A model generated the notes under the pieces. That model saw nothing but the letters and a program-made list of their open reading frames with translations, made no database searches and had not been told where the DNA came from. A stretch of 64,000 nucleotides of DNA from an uncultured Syntrophobacterales bacterium (GTDB lineage Bacteria > Desulfobacterota > Syntrophia > Syntrophales > UBA5619): the NCBI GenBank assembly GCA_903928915.1, contig CAIYSL010000068.1, positions 159,274 through 223,273 of the forward strand. The letters run 5' to 3'. Shown here piece after piece: positions 1-8,629 of the stretch. Positions within the stretch are counted from its first letter, which is position 1. Each line of letters starts with the position of its first letter. The translations under genes and the position numbers were made by a program.

Positions 1-1
1 C

Positions 2-1093
2 GAGACGGCGGGACCGTCCCTGCTGAGCCTCGGGGAAGAGCTGGACGTGGCCGTTGTCCAACGGAATTCCGCCGATCAATACGTGGTGGCGTGCAAGGGC
101 CGGATGATCCTGGCCGATTCGGCCACCCCGCTGAAGCCCGGCGATACGCTGCGGGTGCGCGTCGACCAGAACCACCCCCAGCTTGTGCTCAGGGTTGTGA
201 GCGACGATGCCGTCAGCAGGGAAATCCTGACGGAGAACCTCCGGCTGTTCCGTGCCAACCAGGCGGAGCTCCCCGACAATCTCGCGAGAACCGAAACCCT
301 CCTCCTGCAGGCCCTGGGACACCCGCGGCTTCCCCCGCCCCTGCGGCAGCATATCCGGGCCGTCCTGCGGCTGCTCCAGGCGCTCCGGTATTCCGGAGGG
401 GCCGCACAGGATGGAAGCTACCTGCGCGGTTATCCCGCCGACCTGGGCCTGCTGATGGAAAGCGGCCTGAAAAAGAGCCTGCCGGCAAAAGGGGAGCGGG
501 CCGCAGGGGACGGCCGTGTCCCGGGGGGGGTGAAGGAGCTGCTGCTGGGCCTGCCCGGGAGGATGGCCGGGGCGCTGGGGGATGCCTCTCTGCCGGAGGA
601 ACTCCGGCATACCCTGCAGGAGACGCTCTCCACCGCCGAGAAGACCGCAAAGGCGATCGAAACGCAGCAGGCGGTGAATGTGATGCTGCAGGAGGCGGAA
701 CGCGCGTTTATGCTGCAGATCCCCTTGCTGTTTCCGAACGGTATGAAGCCGGTCGATATCCTCATCCGGGAGGAGCAACGGGCCGACTCGTCGTCGAATG
801 GCCGCCGCTCCTTCAGCGTCGAGCTGTTCTTCGAACTGGATGCCCTGGGGCCCGTCCTCGTTGAGCTGCACCTGAACGACAGGGCCGTGCGGTGTGTGTC
901 TACGTGCCAGGAGACCGCGGCGCGCGAGTTTGTCTCGTCACACCTGGCGGAGCTGCGGGAACAGCTGTCCGCGGCGGGATACCGGGTTGAACGGCTGGCG
1001 TGCCACCTGGCAGAGGACCTGCGGACCCAACGGGCCGCGCGGAAGAATAATTCTCTTTTATATTCAGCAGAGTGCATAAATATTTTCGCCTGA
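2..1093 (+). CDS. fliK: Flagellar hook-length control protein FliK-like (5'-truncated; frame is open from the window edge)
   Basis: C-terminal Flg_hook-like domain (FSVELFFELDALGPVLVELHL...LREQLSAAGYRV). Followed by a FlhB-C-like gene, the usual pairing. No stop between nt 2 and the ORF-track start at 47. Confidence 0.65.
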   Translation, partial: ETAGPSLLSLGEELDVAVVQRNSADQYVVACKGRMILADSATPLKPGDTLRVRVDQNHPQLVLRVVSDDAVSREILTENLRLFRANQAELPDNLARTETLLLQALGHPRLPPPLRQHIRAVLRLLQALRYSGGAAQDGSYLRGYPADLGLLMESGLKKSLPAKGERAAGDGRVPGGVKELLLGLPGRMAGALGDASLPEELRHTLQETLSTAEKTAKAIETQQAVNVMLQEAERAFMLQIPLLFPNGMKPVDILIREEQRADSSSNGRRSFSVELFFELDALGPVLVELHLNDRAVRCVSTCQETAAREFVSSHLAELREQLSAAGYRVERLACHLAEDLRTQRAARKNNSLLYSAECINIFA

Positions 1094-1139
1094 GGCCGGG
1101 TATGGGCCGCCTCCGGTGCCGACCCCGGGAGAGGGTGCG

Positions 1140-1431
1140 ATGAACAGGGACGCAGGGCAAAGACTGGCGGCCGTGCTGAAGTACGACGCCAAGAAAGACC
1201 GGGCGCCGCAGCTGGCTGCCAAGGGGGCGGGGGACGATTGCGGAAAAGATCATCGAGCTCGCCCTGCGGCACGGGATCCCCATCAGAAAAGATCCGGCCC
1301 TGGTACAGGTGTTGAGCCGGCTGGAAATCGACGAGACGATTCCCCAGGAACTGTACCAGGCCGTCGCCGAAGTCCTTGCCTTCGTGTACCGGATGAACGA
1401 ACAGCGGCGGCAGGCATCTTCTTCCAGGTAA
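1140..1431 (+). pseudogene. EscU/YscU/FlhB C-terminal-like small export-switch protein, interrupted by a +1 frameshift
   Basis: From ATG 1140: ...AAVLKYDAKKDRAPQLAAKGAG. Removing one G from the GGGGG-C-GGGGG tract (1223-1233) continues TIAEKIIELALRHGIPIRKDPALVQVLSRLEIDETIPQELYQAVAEVLAFVY to TAA 1429-1431, a typical FlhB-C sequence. Confidence 0.85.
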
Positions 1432-1547
1432 GGAAATTTTTTCCTTCCGTTTTGCTCCCCCTGCCGCGTCTCCTCCGCGTGCTTCGTTAGATTGTAACCA
1501 TACGATATTGATGTATAAATTTATTTCTCCCCGGACTTGCGGGGCAG

Positions 1548-1563
1548 TGGCACAGCCATTGCT
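1548..1563 (+). promoter_or_regulatory. sigma54 (-24/-12) promoter of the flgF operon
   Basis: TGGCAC-AGCCA-TTGCT matches TGGCAC-N5-TTGCW, 30 nt upstream of flgF. AT-rich tract at ~1487-1526. Confidence 0.85.
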
Positions 1564-1593
1564 TACTAGGGGGTAAACGGAAGGGAGTGCGCT

Positions 1594-2313
1594 ATGGAAA
1601 ACATCATGCAGGCGGTTGTCGAACAGTGGCACCAACGGCTCGATCAGCTGGACAACACGACGCATAATCTGGCGAACTCAGGCTCGGCAGGGTACAAATC
1701 CTTCCGGCTCCATTTCAACAAGTCCCTCGAGGCTGCTGCGGCGTCCGGTCAGCAGGGTACCGCGGGTCCCCTCGTTGCTACTGATTTCGACCGGGGACCG
1801 TTGCAGACCACGGGCAACCCCCTGGATGCGGCCATCGAAGGGGAGGGATTCTTTGCCGTTCAGACGGCCTCCGGGGTGGCCTACACGCGCCGGGGCAGTT
1901 TCAACGTGAGCAGAAACGGGGAGCTGGTCACCGACACCGGGGAGAACATCCTCAACAGGGCGGGCGGGAAGATCAGCGTCTCCGGCGGCAGGGCCGAGAT
2001 TACCGGCGAAGGGGACATCCTGGTGGACGGCCGGAAGGTCGATACGCTGAAGGTGGTCACCTTCAAGGATAGGACCAAGCTGGTGCGCCTGCCGGGGTGC
2101 CTGTTCCAGGACCCGGGCACGGCGGGCCCGGCGGAGGAGAAAAAACCGGAGATTCATGCCGAGCATCTGGAGGGATCGAACGTCAACGTAGTCATCGAAA
2201 TGACGCAGTTGATCAATATGCAGCGCATGGTCGAGTTCTACCAGAAGAACATGCAGGCGATCAGCGAGCTGGACAAAGTGTCGAACAATCGCGTCGGCAG
2301 GCTGTACAGTTAG
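1594..2313 (+). CDS. flgF: Flagellar basal-body rod protein FlgF
   Basis: HNLAN..SAGYK, TGNPLDAAIEGEGFFAV, YTRRGSF, LEGSNVN motifs; precedes flgG. Confidence 0.9.
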   Translation: MENIMQAVVEQWHQRLDQLDNTTHNLANSGSAGYKSFRLHFNKSLEAAAASGQQGTAGPLVATDFDRGPLQTTGNPLDAAIEGEGFFAVQTASGVAYTRRGSFNVSRNGELVTDTGENILNRAGGKISVSGGRAEITGEGDILVDGRKVDTLKVVTFKDRTKLVRLPGCLFQDPGTAGPAEEKKPEIHAEHLEGSNVNVVIEMTQLINMQRMVEFYQKNMQAISELDKVSNNRVGRLYS

Positions 2314-2346
2314 CGGTTATTCAGGAATCAGGAAGGAGATTCGCAT

Positions 2347-3129
2347 ATGATAAGAGCGTTATGGACCGCGGCCACCGGGATGGCAACGCAGCAGATGAAC
2401 CTGGACGTGATATCCAACAACCTCGCCAACATAAACACCACCGGGTTCAAGAAGGCCCGGGCGGAATTCCAGGACCTCCTGTATCAGGAAACCAAGAAGG
2501 CGGGCAGTGAGACCGCATCGGGAAGCCAGATCCCCGTAGGCGTCGAGGTGGGCATGGGGGCCAAGATCACGGCCACGAAAAAGATGTTCAGCCAGGGGGA
2601 TTTCAAGACCACCGACAGCCCCTACGACATCGTCGTCGAGGGGGACGGTTTCTTTCAGCTCGATAATAACGGTACGAACGCCTACAGCCGCTCGGGCAGC
2701 TTTACCACGAATCGGGAAGGCTACCTGTGCAATCCCGAAGGGTTGAAGCTTGTTCCGAACGTCACGATACCGATCGAGACGTCCAATTTCCAGGTCCTGC
2801 CCGACGGATCATGGCAGGCGCGGGACAAGAATTCCGCGGTCCTGGCGAGCGGCCGGATAGAGCTGGCACGGTTCGTGAATCCCGCAGGGCTCAAGAGTCT
2901 CGGGCGAAACCTGTACGGGGTGAGCGACAGTTCCGGAACGGCGGTGACGGGAAACCCCGGCGACACCGGATACGGCACCCTGACGCAGAACGCCGTCGAG
3001 ATGTCCAATGTGAACGTCGTCGATGAGATGGTCCAGATGATCATGGGACAGCGGGCTTACGAAATCAACACCAAGGCCATCCAGACCGCTGATTCGATCC
3101 TGTCGCTTGTCGCGAACTTGAAGAGGTAG
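2347..3129 (+). CDS. flgG: Flagellar basal-body distal rod protein FlgG
   Basis: MIRALWTAATGM..QQ.NLDVISNNLANINTTGFKK.RAEFQDLLYQ; EMSNVNVVDEMV.MI.GQRAYE; 260 aa. Confidence 0.97.
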   Translation: MIRALWTAATGMATQQMNLDVISNNLANINTTGFKKARAEFQDLLYQETKKAGSETASGSQIPVGVEVGMGAKITATKKMFSQGDFKTTDSPYDIVVEGDGFFQLDNNGTNAYSRSGSFTTNREGYLCNPEGLKLVPNVTIPIETSNFQVLPDGSWQARDKNSAVLASGRIELARFVNPAGLKSLGRNLYGVSDSSGTAVTGNPGDTGYGTLTQNAVEMSNVNVVDEMVQMIMGQRAYEINTKAIQTADSILSLVANLKR

Positions 3130-3131
3130 CC

Positions 3132-3857
3132 ATGAATCGCCGCATCCGCATCGTCCTTGGGTTGTTGTCCTTTTTCCTGGGCTGGGGGCTGTGGGGGGCC
3201 GCGTCCGACGGTTCGGCCGCCGTCCTGAAGGAGGGGATGATCAAGAAGATCGTCGCCGAGCACATCCAGCGCCATATGCCCTGGGACCCCGAGAACGTGC
3301 GCCTCACCTTTGTCGGCGGGGGCAGCGATATCGCCGTTCCCGCGCCGGAGTACACCATCGATACCCAGGCGCGCCCCAACGAGCCCTACATCGGGGATTC
3401 CTTCGTCACGCTGAAGCTGTACCGCGGCGGCGTGTTTCTGCTGGAGCGCCCCGTTCACGTGAAGATAGAGGTCGCCTTCGACGTATTGGTAAGCTCCCGG
3501 GCGCTGCCCGTGGGCGCCGTGATCGGCCCCGACGATGTGCGGGTCATAAAGCGCTGGCTCACCCGCGAACCGCAGCGGACCATCGCCTCTCCGGAGGAGG
3601 CGCTGGAAAAGCGGGTCGTCAGCGCGATCCGCCCCAACCACGAGATCACCCGCACCATGCTCAGGGATGTCCCGCTGGTGAAGAAGGGGGGGATGGTGAA
3701 GATGGTCCTGAACAACGGGGCCATCACCATCACAACCCTCGGACAGATCCAGGAAGACGGGGGCATGGGCTCTTCCGTGCGGGTCAAGAACATGGGTTCC
3801 CAACGGGTCGTCTATGCCCGCGTGATCGGCGAATCCCTCGTACAGGTAGATTTTTAG
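3132..3857 (+). CDS. flgA: Flagellar P-ring formation chaperone FlgA
   Basis: Signal-peptide-like N-terminus, SAF-type C-terminus (PLVKKGGMV...EDGGMGSSVRVKNMGSQRVV), located between flgG and flgH. Confidence 0.9.
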   Translation: MNRRIRIVLGLLSFFLGWGLWGAASDGSAAVLKEGMIKKIVAEHIQRHMPWDPENVRLTFVGGGSDIAVPAPEYTIDTQARPNEPYIGDSFVTLKLYRGGVFLLERPVHVKIEVAFDVLVSSRALPVGAVIGPDDVRVIKRWLTREPQRTIASPEEALEKRVVSAIRPNHEITRTMLRDVPLVKKGGMVKMVLNNGAITITTLGQIQEDGGMGSSVRVKNMGSQRVVYARVIGESLVQVDF

Positions 3858-3866
3858 GCAGGTGCC

Positions 3867-4577
3867 ATGATGAAACAGGGTCAGACAGGGGGCAGGAGGT
3901 ACAACGGGGGGGCATGGCTGTTGGCACTGCTCCTCTGCGGGTGTTCCGCCGGGATGGCGGAGCTGAAGACGCGGCCGACGATCAGCGAGGAGCCGATGCC
4001 GGCAGCGGCGCCGGCCCCCGGTTCGATATGGGCGGGGGAAAACACCCATAACCTGCTGTACGGCGACCGCAAGGCCCGGTACGTGAACGACATCGTCACG
4101 ATCATCGTCAGCGAGCAGGCATCGGGAGGCAACAAGGCCACCACGAACACCAGCCGGGACACGACGACCGGGGCGGAAATCACGGCGCTGATGGGGGTGG
4201 ACAAGTCGATCACCAACAACAACGCGAACATGGGGGGGAAGATCGAACTGGGCGGGTCGTCGACGAACGCCCTGAAGGGGACGGGAGACACGACCCGCGG
4301 GGGCAACCTCGTCGCCCGCCTGACGGCGCGGATCACCCGGGTGATGAGCAACGGGAATCTCGTGATCGAGGGGCGGCGTCAGGTCACGGTCAATTCCGAG
4401 GACCAGTTCATCTTCATGAGCGGCATCATCCGGCCCGAGGACATAACATCGGATAACTACGTTTATTCTCAATACATAGCCGATGCACGGATCATCTACA
4501 CGGGCGATGGGGTGATCAACGACAAGATGCGGCCCGGGTGGCTGACCCGGGTGGTTGACTGGGTATGGCCGTTCTGA
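3867..4577 (+). CDS. flgH: Flagellar L-ring lipoprotein FlgH
   Basis: Lipobox-like [36 protein letters not shown]-terminal WPF. Confidence 0.96.
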   Translation: MMKQGQTGGRRYNGGAWLLALLLCGCSAGMAELKTRPTISEEPMPAAAPAPGSIWAGENTHNLLYGDRKARYVNDIVTIIVSEQASGGNKATTNTSRDTTTGAEITALMGVDKSITNNNANMGGKIELGGSSTNALKGTGDTTRGGNLVARLTARITRVMSNGNLVIEGRRQVTVNSEDQFIFMSGIIRPEDITSDNYVYSQYIADARIIYTGDGVINDKMRPGWLTRVVDWVWPF

Positions 4578-4594
4578 TTGCTGGGGAGAAGGCG

Positions 4595-5779
4595 ATGAAA
4601 ACACAGGCGATGCGGCGAATGTTCACCCTGACGATTCTGGCCGTCGCGGCCGTTGCGGCGGGTATGGGTGCCGCCGAGGCGCAGGCAGCGCGCATCAAGG
4701 ATATCGCATCGATCAGCGGGGTTCGTGACAATTACCTGCTCGGATACGGCATGGTTGTCGGCCTGGCCGGGACGGGTGACGACGTGAAAAACGGGTTCAC
4801 CAAGGAGTCCCTGGCCAACCTGCTGAGCCGGCAGGGGTTGTCGATGCGGGACAAGGACATCAAGGCGGATAACGTTGCCGCCGTCATGGTTACGGCCAAT
4901 CTCCCCCCCTTCGCGAAGATCGGCGCCAAGATCGATATCACCGTCTCATCGGTCGGCAATGCCAAGAGCCTGCAGGGGGGGACCCTGCTGATGACCCCCC
5001 TGCGGGGGGCGGACGGGCAGGTCTACGCCGTTGCCCAGGGGGCGGTCGTACTGGGCGGCTTCTCGGCGGGGGGGCAGTCCGGCTCCGTGACGAAGAATCA
5101 CCCCAGCGTCGGCCGGATCCCCAACGGAGCGGCGGTGGAGAGGGAGTTGCAGCAGGATTTCGCCCAGAAACGGGCGCTGACCGTCAATCTCTACCGGGAT
5201 GACTTCACCACGGCCCGGAAACTGGAGGCGGTCATCAACGCCGGCGTCAAGGATGTCCAGGCGCAACAGGTGGATTCCTGCTCCGTCAACGTGCGGATCA
5301 TCGCTCCCCAGCCGGGAAGGGTCATGGAGATCGTTTCGCTCATCGAGAACCTGGACCTGCCCGTCGATGCACCCGCAGTGGTGGTGATGAACGAGAAGAC
5401 CGGCACGGTCGTCATGGGCGAGAGCGTCCGGATTTCGACGGTCGCCGTCGCCCATGGGAGCCTGACCATTCAGATCAAGGAGACCGCCAACGTCTCGCAG
5501 CCGCTTCCCTTTGCCCCCCAGCCGCCGCAGGGAACTCCTCCGGTCAAGGCAAAGGGCGGGACCATCGTCGCCCCCGGAGGCCAGACGGTGGTCACGACGG
5601 ATACGAACGTGGGCGCCCAGGAAGAGAAGAGCCAGCTGGTGATCGTTCCCCATGGGGTGACGATCCAGGATCTCGTCAAGGCGCTGAACGCCATCGGGGT
5701 GACCCCCCGGGATCTGATCACGATCATGCAGACGATCAAGGAGGCAGGGGCCCTCCAGGCGTCGTTGAAGATCATCTGA
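4595..5779 (+). CDS. flgI: Flagellar P-ring protein FlgI
   Basis: ARIKDIASISGVRDNYLLGYGMVVGLAGTGD, SLQGGTLLMTPL, TPRDLITIMQTIKEAGAL; ATG 4595 with upstream GGAG. Confidence 0.97.
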   Translation: MKTQAMRRMFTLTILAVAAVAAGMGAAEAQAARIKDIASISGVRDNYLLGYGMVVGLAGTGDDVKNGFTKESLANLLSRQGLSMRDKDIKADNVAAVMVTANLPPFAKIGAKIDITVSSVGNAKSLQGGTLLMTPLRGADGQVYAVAQGAVVLGGFSAGGQSGSVTKNHPSVGRIPNGAAVERELQQDFAQKRALTVNLYRDDFTTARKLEAVINAGVKDVQAQQVDSCSVNVRIIAPQPGRVMEIVSLIENLDLPVDAPAVVVMNEKTGTVVMGESVRISTVAVAHGSLTIQIKETANVSQPLPFAPQPPQGTPPVKAKGGTIVAPGGQTVVTTDTNVGAQEEKSQLVIVPHGVTIQDLVKALNAIGVTPRDLITIMQTIKEAGALQASLKII

Positions 5780-5822
5780 CGACCCAGGCCCGGTTGGGTG
5801 GGCGGCCGATTCGAGGAACGGG

Positions 5823-6131
5823 ATGGAACTCTCGGGTATCGGAAAAGGGGAACAGGCGCAGGGAGCGACGAAATCGTCGCAGACCCCCGCGGACGACGCA
5901 CGGCGGGATGCGAAGCTGCGGAAGGCCTGCCAGGACTTCGAGGCGCTGTTTTTGTTCAAACTTTTTAAAGAGATGCGGCAGACTGTCCCCCGCTCGGGGT
6001 TGCTGCCCTCAGCGCCGGGAAGGGAGACCTTTCAGATGATGTTCGATCAACGGGTCGCGGAGGAGCTGTCGAGTCGGGGTGAGGGAATCGGGCTGCAGAA
6101 GATGCTGTGCGAACAGCTCCGCCGCCGGTAG
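5823..6131 (+). CDS. flgJ: Short FlgJ (rod-binding domain only, no muramidase domain)
   Basis: KLRKACQDFEALF...KEMRQTVP...MFDQRVAEELS...GIGL; follows flgI; 102 aa. Confidence 0.85.
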   Translation: MELSGIGKGEQAQGATKSSQTPADDARRDAKLRKACQDFEALFLFKLFKEMRQTVPRSGLLPSAPGRETFQMMFDQRVAEELSSRGEGIGLQKMLCEQLRRR

Positions 6132-6167
6132 GTGCGGCGACGGGACGGCATCTGCGTCTGAAGCCGC

Positions 6168-6195
6168 TAAAGTTTCATTTCCAACATGCCGATAC
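6168..6195 (+). promoter_or_regulatory. sigma28 (FliA) promoter of flgM
   Basis: TAAA(GTTT)-N16-GCCGATAC, 34 nt upstream of the flgM ATG. Confidence 0.85.
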
Positions 6196-6229
6196 GTGTG
6201 GTAAGATCACTGCAAAGGAGAATTGTGAC

Positions 6230-6547
6230 ATGTCAGTATCGCGAATCCAAGACGGAAACGCCCGGACGATTCAACAGACATACCTGCGCAACGAGCAGGT
6301 ACGGGCGGACTCGGAACGGCAAGCGAACGACGGGGCGGTTTCTTCTTCTCCTTCCGAGCGAGTCGATCTTTCCACCACGGCCAAGGACATCCAGCAACTG
6401 AAAGATGCACTGTCCAAGCTTCCCGATGTCCGGGAAGAGAAGATCCAGGAAGTGCGGAAGAAGCTGGAGGACGGCACCTATAACGTCAGTGCCGATCAGA
6501 TTGCCGGAAAAATGGTGGGAGAATCGATCCTCGATTTGCTTGTCTGA
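6230..6547 (+). CDS. flgM: Anti-sigma28 factor FlgM
   Basis: ERVDLS, PDVREEKIQEVRKKLEDGTYNVSADQIAGKM; AGGAG RBS before ATG 6230. Confidence 0.93.
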   Translation: MSVSRIQDGNARTIQQTYLRNEQVRADSERQANDGAVSSSPSERVDLSTTAKDIQQLKDALSKLPDVREEKIQEVRKKLEDGTYNVSADQIAGKMVGESILDLLV

Positions 6548-6684
6548 GCCACGGATCACCTCCCGGAATTTGTCGATCAAGCGGTACGTTCTTCTCCCGT
6601 GTAATCCGGTGAAGCGGGTTGCCGGCGGGAAGGACGCGCCCACGGTGCAGCGGGGGGGCCACCCGGCCTCCCGGGGAGGTGCGT

Positions 6685-7236
6685 ATGGCGTCCCAGTCAA
6701 TTCCCACAGGCCACGATTTCAGCGGCGAACGGCAGGTCCAGCCGCTTATCGAATCGTTGCTGGGCGTGTTGAAGACCGAAATCGATCTCCAGAAGGAGCT
6801 CCAGCGCTCCCTCGAGGAGGAACGGCGCGCCCTGAAACACCCTGACACGAATCAGCTTTCCCAGAGCAATCAGAAGAAAGAGGGCATACTGCTCAAGGCG
6901 ATGATGCTGGACGAAGTCATCGCCGACATGGTGCGGCAGATCTCCCGGACGGCAAACATCGCAGCACCGCAGGTCACCCTGTCCGACCTTTCGGCCTATG
7001 CGGCCCCTCCCCTGCAGGCGGAACTGCAGCACTGTAGAAAATTGCTTGCTTCGCTGGTGATGAACAACCGGGAGCTGAACGAGAGCAACCGAGACCTGCT
7101 GGCGATGCTGCTGCGCCTGGTGAACAATTCGATGCGGGTCATCACGAACCTGATGTCCGCCGATTCCGACTATGTCGGTTCGGGGCAGCGGATTTCTCCC
7201 CGGATGACGGGAGCCGTTGTGTGCATGAAAGGATAG
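6685..7236 (+). CDS. flgN: Flagellar export chaperone FlgN
   Basis: Helical protein between flgM and flgK; VTLSDL and RELNESNRDLL patterns; GGAGG RBS before ATG 6685. Confidence 0.8.
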   Translation: MASQSIPTGHDFSGERQVQPLIESLLGVLKTEIDLQKELQRSLEEERRALKHPDTNQLSQSNQKKEGILLKAMMLDEVIADMVRQISRTANIAAPQVTLSDLSAYAAPPLQAELQHCRKLLASLVMNNRELNESNRDLLAMLLRLVNNSMRVITNLMSADSDYVGSGQRISPRMTGAVVCMKG

Positions 7237-7240
7237 GAAG

Positions 7241-8614
7241 ATGGGGGTCAATGCCACTCTGAATGCGGCGCGACTGGGGTTGGCTGTCAGCCAGTTTGCG
7301 ATCGACGTGACCGCGTCGAATGTGACGAACGTCAACACCCCCGGCTACGTGCGGCAACGCCCCGAGTTCGAGGCGACCGGCGTCGTCGACGTGGGAGCAA
7401 AGAGTTTCCAGGTCGGCGTCGATGTCCCGATGGTCAAACGGGTATTCGACCGATACCTGGAGTTTCAGATTGCCGAAGGCCAGATGGAGCAGGGGTACGG
7501 CGCAACGATGCAGGACTACCTGCAGCGGGTTGAGGGGCTGTTCAACGAGACGAACGGGGGGGGCGTCAGCGAACTGCTCGGCGCCTTCTGGTCTGCCTGG
7601 CAGAATCTCAGCACGAACCCGCAGGGCGGGGCCGAGCGCACCGTGGTCCTGGCGGCGGCGCAGGATCTCGCCAACCGTTTTCGCGAATTCAGCAACGATC
7701 TGACCTCGATCAGAATGGATGCCCGCGACAAGATCAGGACGATGGTGGCGGATATCAACAGCGATGCGCGAAAAATTGCCGAGCTGAACGATGCGATCAT
7801 GGCCGAGGGAGGGGAAAACGGGAACGCCAACCTGCTCCTCAACGAGCGGTCGACTCTCCTGATGTCGCTGGCGGAGAAGATCGGGATCAACTACATCGAG
7901 GACAGCAACGGCGGTATCGCCATCTACCTGGCGAGCGGCAGCTCCCTGGTTGCGGGGGGGAACGCCCGCCAGTTGGAGATGGTCGTCGACGATATCCGGA
8001 TCGCCGGTACGACGGAATCGCTCACCGCGGGCATTACCACGGGGAAGCTGGGGGCGATGCTCGAGGTACGGGATCGCGTCGTGGCGGGGTATCTGGATTC
8101 CCTCAACACGCTTGCCGCAGGGATCGTCGGGGCGGTGAACGACCGGCATGCCGCCGGGTATACGGCCGGAGGCGAAGTGGGGGGCAATTTCTTCGTCCCG
8201 GTCGGGGCCCTGGACACCGCTGCCCGGAACATGTCCGTGAGCGCCGACATCGTCGCCGATCCCAATCGGATTGCCGCGTCAACGACGGTGGACGGCAACG
8301 GCGACAACGCACGGGAGATCGGCGCCATCTCCGATCTCTCCATCAACTGGGGCACATCGATAACGACTGCCAACGGGTATTACGGCGCCCTGTCTGCCCG
8401 GGTGGGACAGGACGTGAAGAACGCGATCAGCCGGAAGGAACACCGGGATATCATCATGAACCAGCTTGAGGAAAAATGGGAGTCGGTCTCCGGTGTTTCC
8501 GTCGACGAGGAGATGATGAACCTGATCAAGTACCAGATGGGGTACAACGCTGCGGGACGGCTGGTGACCGTGGCCGACGAACTGATGGAAACGCTCATTA
8601 ACCTGGGCAAGTAG
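7241..8614 (+). CDS. flgK: Flagellar hook-associated protein 1 FlgK
   Basis: NVTNVNTPGYVRQR, WQNLSTNP, SVSGVSVDEEMMNLIKYQMGYNAAGRL. Confidence 0.96.
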   Translation: MGVNATLNAARLGLAVSQFAIDVTASNVTNVNTPGYVRQRPEFEATGVVDVGAKSFQVGVDVPMVKRVFDRYLEFQIAEGQMEQGYGATMQDYLQRVEGLFNETNGGGVSELLGAFWSAWQNLSTNPQGGAERTVVLAAAQDLANRFREFSNDLTSIRMDARDKIRTMVADINSDARKIAELNDAIMAEGGENGNANLLLNERSTLLMSLAEKIGINYIEDSNGGIAIYLASGSSLVAGGNARQLEMVVDDIRIAGTTESLTAGITTGKLGAMLEVRDRVVAGYLDSLNTLAAGIVGAVNDRHAAGYTAGGEVGGNFFVPVGALDTAARNMSVSADIVADPNRIAASTTVDGNGDNAREIGAISDLSINWGTSITTANGYYGALSARVGQDVKNAISRKEHRDIIMNQLEEKWESVSGVSVDEEMMNLIKYQMGYNAAGRLVTVADELMETLINLGK

Positions 8615-8629
8615 CGGGGGAAACCGGTC

